NCBI GenBank assembly: GCA_965218205.1
Contig: OZ244590.1
Location: 840,857 to 904,856, forward strand
Direction: 5' to 3'
Source of the DNA: Spirochaetia bacterium
GTDB taxonomy: Bacteria; Spirochaetota; Spirochaetia; WTKD01; G963693115
DNA length: 64,000 nt
Position 1 is the first letter of the stretch; each line of letters begins with the position of its first letter. The position numbers and the translations under genes were made by a program. The notes under the pieces were generated by a model. That model did not search any database. It was not told the DNA's origin and saw nothing but the letters and a program-made list of their open reading frames with translations. Positions 58,515 through 64,000 of the stretch are shown here, in pieces.

Positions 58515-59728
58515 TGTACTTTTACCATCTCGTATGAACCCCCAAAATCCATGACAGTAATTATACTATCATGGAAATAACAAACAAAAATAAAAAAAAG
58601 GGGGTGAGTACATGATATACTCTACACTTTATAATACAAGAAATCAAAAAGAATTGCATAAAGTACGCTTAGCTATAGCACTTTCTGCAAAAGAACACGG
58701 CATCAAAAGTACTGCTCGTATCTTTCATATATCTCCTAATACCGTACGCAAATGGCTGCAAAGATACAAAGAGAAGCCGAAAGCTATGCTCTATGATAGG
58801 CGTCCTGCTTCAGTAGAACATCCTAATACCATGATACCTTACTATCAGTTAAAACTCAAAGAGATATGCGAAACATTACAGCACTATCATCAACGATGTA
58901 TTGCCTCTCATATACAACGAGAGTATGCCATTCCTTATTCCATAAAGACTATCATTAAGCATCTGAGAAAGATGGGGTTTTTTAAGACACATAAAAAGCG
59001 AAAAGCAGAAAAGAAACAAGAGGCTCGCCTATGGAAACAACTGCTGCAGTTTTGTCAAAAAATACAAGTAGATATTAAATATCTTACCGATATCCCTGAA
59101 TTATACTTCTCATTACGCAAGTTTTGCCTCCCAAAGTATCAAATTACCGCACGCGATGTCGCAACAGGGGCTTTATGGATATGCTTTGCTACTCAAAAAA
59201 GCTCTTCTCATACCGCTTTGTTTATTGAATATCTGCTTACTCATCTTGCTTCTTTTCACGTTGATACTTCCTCTATTACTATTCAAACTGATAATGGCTC
59301 TGAGTTTATCTCAGGGGCTTTTAGTACTAAACAGTCTGCTTTTGTTGCTTCTCTTGCAGCATACGAGGCACACCATACTACTATCCCATATGCTTCTCCT
59401 ACTTACAATTCTGATGTCGAGGCTTCTCATAAACTTATTGAAACTGAATGCTATGCAAAAATGCAGAATCCTACTCTCAGTACTTTTTTACTCAAAAGTG
59501 CTGAGTATCAATATAGCTTTAATCATCAACGCCATAACTCTTATAAACACGGCTCTCCTGCTTTGTTGCTCAAAGAAAAAAGTCCTTCTCTGGATCCTTG
59601 TGTACTTACTCTGCGACCTCTTATTGTTGATACTTTCCTTACTAAACGAACATTACACACTTGGCATAATAGAAATTTTGCAGTATACTGATTTTATCAA
59701 AAGGGTTCACACGAAACGGTAAAACTCC
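58515..59728 (+). mobile_element. IS481-family-like insertion sequence, copy B (1214 bp), inverted relative to copy A.
   Basis: Same length as copy A and near-identical to it, differing by a few SNPs and an A8 versus A9 tract. Terminal inverted repeats GTACTTTTACCATCTCGTATGAACCCCC / GGGTTCACACGAAACGGTAAAACTCC. Confidence 0.9.
58612..59691 (+). CDS. IS481-family DDE transposase, copy B (359 aa).
   Basis: Identical to the copy A transposase from MIYSTLYN onward, except for two substitutions (IQREY versus IKREY; KKRKAEKK versus KKQKAEKK). Confidence 0.9.
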   Translation: MIYSTLYNTRNQKELHKVRLAIALSAKEHGIKSTARIFHISPNTVRKWLQRYKEKPKAMLYDRRPASVEHPNTMIPYYQLKLKEICETLQHYHQRCIASHIQREYAIPYSIKTIIKHLRKMGFFKTHKKRKAEKKQEARLWKQLLQFCQKIQVDIKYLTDIPELYFSLRKFCLPKYQITARDVATGALWICFATQKSSSHTALFIEYLLTHLASFHVDTSSITIQTDNGSEFISGAFSTKQSAFVASLAAYEAHHTTIPYASPTYNSDVEASHKLIETECYAKMQNPTLSTFLLKSAEYQYSFNHQRHNSYKHGSPALLLKEKSPSLDPCVLTLRPLIVDTFLTKRTLHTWHNRNFAVY

Positions 59729-59744
59729 ATAATAGATAGAGTTG
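59729..59744. repeat. 16-bp direct repeat (ATAATAGATAGAGTTG), right flank of IS copy B.
   Basis: Identical to 58499-58514. Confidence 0.85.
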
Positions 59745-60113
59745 CTAATTGTTCCCATGTAGGAGTATTATTAGAATTAGATAGAAGTTCAAATATGCAT
59801 TGAAATGTTAATTTTTTTGTAAAACTACCTTTGTTTTTCAATACATAAATAACAATCCCTCCAATAGAAGTAAGTATAAGGGAGCAAATAGAAAAATAAA
59901 AGTTATTACTTCGCAGTCTTCTATCGCTAGTATCCTCTGCTGTTTTTAAGTATATTTTGTATATTTCTAGTAAATGTTTTTGATATTTATCATTATCCAT
60001 ACCATAATTATATATCGTTTAGCAGTTTCCGTTACATTTTTGTTACAACATGCTTTACATATTTTTTATTCTATGGTATTATCTTATTATGGGAATAATA
60101 AAGGGGGACAGTA

Positions 60114-61724
60114 ATGATTATTCGCGGTATAGAATCTATTGGTGAGCAGGAAGGCACGCCGTCAGCACATGAGCAACATAGTCGAGAAGTAAATACAAGC
60201 CATACCCATGGAGCTTTTTCAGGAAACATGTCTGAAAGAGAAAATGGTGTCTCAGGCACATCACAAGGAGCAACTGCTCCTGCTAATACCATTGTAAATA
60301 ATAGCACTATTGATACCTCTGTGTCAAACTCCGAGTTATTTTATAAGAAACGCGTTATTGGGGGAATAGAGAGTGCATTTAGTCCCACAAAGATAGCCGT
60401 TATTGGTGTTGGTGGAGGCGGGGTAAATGCAGTAAGCAGTATGGTAGACTTAGAATTAGATGGCATAGACCTGTGGGCTGCAAATACCGATGCCCAAACC
60501 TTAAGCGACTGTCCCGTGAGTAATGTCATATTGCTTGGTTCTAAATCCTGTAATGGTCTCGGAGTAGGAGGAGATCCACAACGGGGAGCCGAAGCTGTGT
60601 ATGAGATGCAAGAGGATATTAGTGGCGTATTAAAAAACTATGACATGATATTTCTTGCCACAGGCTTAGGAGGAGGAACAGGCTCTGGAGCTATTCCTGT
60701 ACTTGCAAAAATAGCACGGGATAGTGGCGTACTTGTTGTCTCTATTGTTACTATGCCATTTCTCTACGAAGGACAGAAAAGACAAAGCAATGCCGAAAAC
60801 AGCTTGGAAGAACTAGAAGAATTTACAGACGCACTGATAATAGTGCCTAATAACAGCCTTATCACTACCAGTGCTTCTCGCTCTGATGTGTTTGTGGAAG
60901 ATAGCTTTCATACTGCCAATAAGATTTTATCAGATACCGTCAGCTCCATTACTAATATTCTCACAACAAGAGGACGTGTCAATATTGATTTTGCAGATAT
61001 TAAAAGCTGTATTCAAAATTCTGGTCTTATTTCGGTTGGCATTGGAGAATCGAATATTGAAGAAAGTCATGGAGGCAATGCTCACAGAGCCACTGAAATA
61101 GCCCTTACAAATAAATTGCTGTCCGAAGAGAACGCACAGGTACTCTCGTATGCGGACAATATTATTGTAAATGTTGTACTAGGAAAGAGCTGTCCTATGC
61201 ATGATTATGCCGCTATCACAGATATGATTATTTCACGTACCTCTGTTAAGCCAAGCAATATAAAAACAGGACATCGTTTTGAATCTACCTGGGACCATAA
61301 AGTGCAAGTTACCATCATTGCAGCATCCAGCTTAAAAAGTCATGGAAAAAAAATAGTCAATCCTAACAGAAGCATGAGCGATGCAAGGAGCATGTCCGTA
61401 CATGATACAAGTAGACATGCCACTGTCAATCATGTGCCTACCTCTGTAGCTCCAGCACATGATACTGTGTACTCACACGCGTACACTGAAGAACAAGCAG
61501 CACATAACAATAGTCCTCCATATCCCTACGATAGAGAAAAAAGAGACATCAGTTTACAAGGCATGTACGAAACCTCTGACTCAGATCAAAAATACATAGA
61601 CAGCGATGTGTTTCGTTCGTTGATAAATCAGCCCATGAGAGATGTCAATGAAATTTTACAGGAAGAACTTGACACAATGAAAAAGACAACACCAGTACAA
61701 CAGTATTCTGATATCATTCCATAA
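60114..61724 (+). CDS. ftsZ: Cell-division GTPase FtsZ with a ~95-aa N-terminal extension and a long C-terminal linker.
   Basis: Tubulin/FtsZ core: IAVIGVGGGGVNAV, NTDAQTL, the GGGTGSG signature, and T7-loop-like NIDFADIK. Confidence 0.9.
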   Translation: MIIRGIESIGEQEGTPSAHEQHSREVNTSHTHGAFSGNMSERENGVSGTSQGATAPANTIVNNSTIDTSVSNSELFYKKRVIGGIESAFSPTKIAVIGVGGGGVNAVSSMVDLELDGIDLWAANTDAQTLSDCPVSNVILLGSKSCNGLGVGGDPQRGAEAVYEMQEDISGVLKNYDMIFLATGLGGGTGSGAIPVLAKIARDSGVLVVSIVTMPFLYEGQKRQSNAENSLEELEEFTDALIIVPNNSLITTSASRSDVFVEDSFHTANKILSDTVSSITNILTTRGRVNIDFADIKSCIQNSGLISVGIGESNIEESHGGNAHRATEIALTNKLLSEENAQVLSYADNIIVNVVLGKSCPMHDYAAITDMIISRTSVKPSNIKTGHRFESTWDHKVQVTIIAASSLKSHGKKIVNPNRSMSDARSMSVHDTSRHATVNHVPTSVAPAHDTVYSHAYTEEQAAHNNSPPYPYDREKRDISLQGMYETSDSDQKYIDSDVFRSLINQPMRDVNEILQEELDTMKKTTPVQQYSDIIP

Positions 61725-61727
61725 TCA

Positions 61728-62627
61728 TTGACTGCCCCCATTCCTGTTTACGATATATTTGATATGTATGTTGATTTTCTCGTAATAGAAAAGCAGCATC
61801 TTCCTTTGACAATAGAAACATATAAACAAGAGATTCGTTTTTTTTGTGATTTTCTTGAACAACATGCTCTGCATGTACAAAATGTATCGCTTGATGTTAT
61901 TCAATCTTACATTATTGAAAGAAACACTAAAAAAGAATTATCAGGAAAAACAATAAATAAAATAGTGTCTACTCTAAACAGCTTTTTTCTTTTTTGTATA
62001 AAAGAACAACATGTGCATCACAATCCATTACAATTTTTATCAAAAGCAAAAACTACCATAACATACCCAAATGCTATGACAGAACAACAAGTACAGACCG
62101 TGTTAGAAAGCATTGATACTTCTACGGTACTAGGGCTACGCGACAAAGCCATTTTTGAGTTGATCTATGCATGCGGATTACGAATACATGAAGTGGTGAA
62201 TTTACAATTATCTTCCTTGTTTCTTGATGATGAGTATATTGTGGTGCATGGCAAAGGAGATAAAATTCGTATTGTTCCTGTGGGAGAACAAGCAAACGAT
62301 GTATTACAGTCGTATCTACAAAGAGGACGCCCAAAGCTCATACGAGTTGGAACACAATATTCCAGTGTGTTCTTAAATTATCGTGGAGAACCCATATCTC
62401 GTAAAGGCATTTGGAAAAAATTTAAGGCATTGCTAGGTCCAGAGCTAAAGCATTTTAAGGTGCATAGTCTACGGCATTCTTTTGCGACGCATCTGTTACA
62501 ATCAGGCATGAATCTTCGGGCGGTGCAAGAGCTACTGGGACATGCTGATATTAGCACTACGAGTATTTATACAAATATTTCTGATACTTCTCTTAAAAAA
62601 TCGCATTCAAAATATCATCCTAAGTAG
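61728..62627 (+). CDS. xerD: Tyrosine site-specific recombinase, XerD-like.
   Basis: N-terminal core-binding domain (FLVIEKQHLPLTIETYKQEI). Catalytic region with ACGLRIHEV, HSLRHSFATHLL, and the C-terminal Tyr (TSIYTNI). Confidence 0.75.
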   Translation: MTAPIPVYDIFDMYVDFLVIEKQHLPLTIETYKQEIRFFCDFLEQHALHVQNVSLDVIQSYIIERNTKKELSGKTINKIVSTLNSFFLFCIKEQHVHHNPLQFLSKAKTTITYPNAMTEQQVQTVLESIDTSTVLGLRDKAIFELIYACGLRIHEVVNLQLSSLFLDDEYIVVHGKGDKIRIVPVGEQANDVLQSYLQRGRPKLIRVGTQYSSVFLNYRGEPISRKGIWKKFKALLGPELKHFKVHSLRHSFATHLLQSGMNLRAVQELLGHADISTTSIYTNISDTSLKKSHSKYHPK

Positions 62628-62688
62628 TATATAGTATATATGCCACTTTCTGTTTCTATAAGAAACATAGATATAAGCAGATGATGAA

Positions 62689-63579
62689 ATGAGAGAAATA
62701 CAAATAGCACTCTTTTTACAACATATACCGTTTCTCAAGCCTATTGAGAAGCTACGCATGTATCACACAAAACATACACTGCAAACTATGGCAACATGGG
62801 AAAAATACGATTGGGAACTACAGATAGGAAGAGCAATACGAAGTAGTAAAGCGACATCTTCTTTCTTTTCTCAATCTATCTTAAAAAGAGTTAATTTTGA
62901 TCTATGGTGGGCAAATAGTGGAAGAGGATGGCTATGCTGTATAAGCGATACCGATTACCCTGAATTATTACGGCATATCCCTGATCCTCCGTTGCTGTTG
63001 TATGGAAAAGGAAATAAAACTGCATTATCAAATACTTGTATTTCAATAGTAGGAACACGCAGTCCCGATGCTTTTGGTACATGGGCATCGCAACAGCTAG
63101 CTCATCATTGTGTAGAAAAAGGAATGACCATTGTCTCTGGGCTTGCCTATGGTATTGATGTTGCATCTCATAAAGCAGCACTGGAAAAACACGGATCATG
63201 CATAGCAGTGTTAGGAACAAGCATAGATTATGTGTATCCTAAAGCACATAAAAGTATAGCTATAGATATTCTTAACAATAAAGGAGCAATCATTAGCGAA
63301 ATAGCTCCAAGAAAGCAGACAGCAAAATATCGTTTTATTGGCAGAAATAGAATTATAAGTGGAATGTCAATGAATACTATCATTGTGCAAGCTCCCCACT
63401 CATCGGGAGCTTTAGCAACAGCAGATTTTGCGTTAGAGCAAAATAGAACAGTACTAGTACATCGTGCAGGAATTCAAGATGCATTTATGGGAAGTGTTAG
63501 ATTATGGCAAGATGGAGCTACCGTATGTTCGTGGGAAGATGAGTTTTCGCTTGTCAATGTTGAAGACTACAGTTGCTAA
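62689..63579 (+). CDS. dprA: DNA processing protein DprA (Smf).
   Basis: Rossmann-like DprA core: ISIVGTRSPDAFG, GLAYGIDVASHKAAL, GSCIAVLGTSIDYVYPKAH. Confidence 0.75.
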   Translation: MREIQIALFLQHIPFLKPIEKLRMYHTKHTLQTMATWEKYDWELQIGRAIRSSKATSSFFSQSILKRVNFDLWWANSGRGWLCCISDTDYPELLRHIPDPPLLLYGKGNKTALSNTCISIVGTRSPDAFGTWASQQLAHHCVEKGMTIVSGLAYGIDVASHKAALEKHGSCIAVLGTSIDYVYPKAHKSIAIDILNNKGAIISEIAPRKQTAKYRFIGRNRIISGMSMNTIIVQAPHSSGALATADFALEQNRTVLVHRAGIQDAFMGSVRLWQDGATVCSWEDEFSLVNVEDYSC

Positions 63580-63648
63580 CGTAACTATAGTGTCATGCAA
63601 GATATGTTTTATTATAGGCAAGCATTATGTCGATACTACTATAGTAAG

Positions 63649-64000
63649 ATGAGTAAGATGCCCCAGCCATTAGAACAGCATAATAGTCCTATACCATCTC
63701 ATATAGAAGCGTTACTGAGAACATATATAAGCGAACTCTATACCATTAGAAAATTAAGCAAGCATACCTTAGTAGCATATAAAACAGATGTTCTTCAGCA
63801 TCTTGTATGGCTTATTGACAAAAAGCAAGACATACTTAGCGTGGATAGCACAATCTTACGAAGCTACTTACGATTTTTATCAGATAAAAAAATAGCCAAG
63901 AGCAGTATCAACAGAAAAATGGCTGCGTTAAGAGGGTTTTACTCACTGTTACAGCGGGATGGGTATTGTACGCATAATCCTTTTTTGCAGTTTCATTCTC
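63649..64000 (+). CDS. xerC: Tyrosine recombinase XerC-like, 3'-truncated by the window end.
   Basis: N-terminal core-binding domain (LLRTYISELYTIRKLSKHTLVAYKTDV...INRKMAALRGFYSLLQRDGY); the ORF runs off the window. Confidence 0.65.
   Translation, partial: MSKMPQPLEQHNSPIPSHIEALLRTYISELYTIRKLSKHTLVAYKTDVLQHLVWLIDKKQDILSVDSTILRSYLRFLSDKKIAKSSINRKMAALRGFYSLLQRDGYCTHNPFLQFHS

Larger units (their letters stand above)
58102..60000 (-). pseudogene. Membrane-protein gene (~228 aa before disruption) split by IS copy B. N-terminal fragment 59729-60000; C-terminal fragment 58102-58514.
   Basis: Removing the IS (58515-59728) and one copy of the 16-bp direct repeat restores a continuous reading frame: ...NTPTWEQLATLSIIFVSILGLCVSILWLCNVHSYKRLNDAKF...NWWFLLIILAPIVVHILFFRLVPVLCKCINKQKKQRLQ*. 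Confidence 0.65.

Overview
AT-rich (roughly 30% GC) bacterial chromosomal segment. The gene content (FliS, two sigma-54-type enhancer-binding proteins, a PUR-like DUF3276 protein, MreBCD-PBP2-RodA, an AroD-AroE fusion, archaeal-type AspRS) suggests a spirochete, possibly Brachyspira-like; this is inference only. Most of the window is housekeeping: an M16 peptidase, ftsK, djlA-like, pncB, murG, cvpA, holB, a sensor kinase with an NtrC-type regulator, ssb, slyD, dnaG, rpoD, rnpB RNA, mreBCD-mrdA-rodA, fliS, aroDE, aspS, aroB, pyk, zapA, rplT-rpmI, ftsZ, a xerD-like gene, dprA and a xerC-like gene. Three tRNAs are present (Gly-UCC, Thr-UGU, Tyr-GUA). The accessory content is: (i) a 5'-truncated IS1595/ISXO2-like transposase at the window start. 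(ii) Two near-identical 1214-bp IS481-like insertion sequences in inverted orientation (19894-21107 and 58515-59728), each flanked by a 16-17 bp direct repeat. The second copy splits a reconstructable membrane-protein gene. (iii) A Panacea-domain (DUF4065) protein overlapping a small two-TM protein, a PanA/PanT-like toxin-antitoxin candidate. (iv) An operon of three tandem dynamin-like GTPases preceded by a T18 homopolymer in the putative promoter spacer; the third member carries a long internal EAFG-type tandem repeat. (v) A very AT-rich two-gene cassette encoding a ParB/DUF262-like protein and an Mrr-cat-like PD-(D/E)xK nuclease, a candidate split type-IV-like restriction/defence module. (vi) A TPR-DUF2971 fusion with near-identical DNA repeats. 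No CRISPR array was seen.
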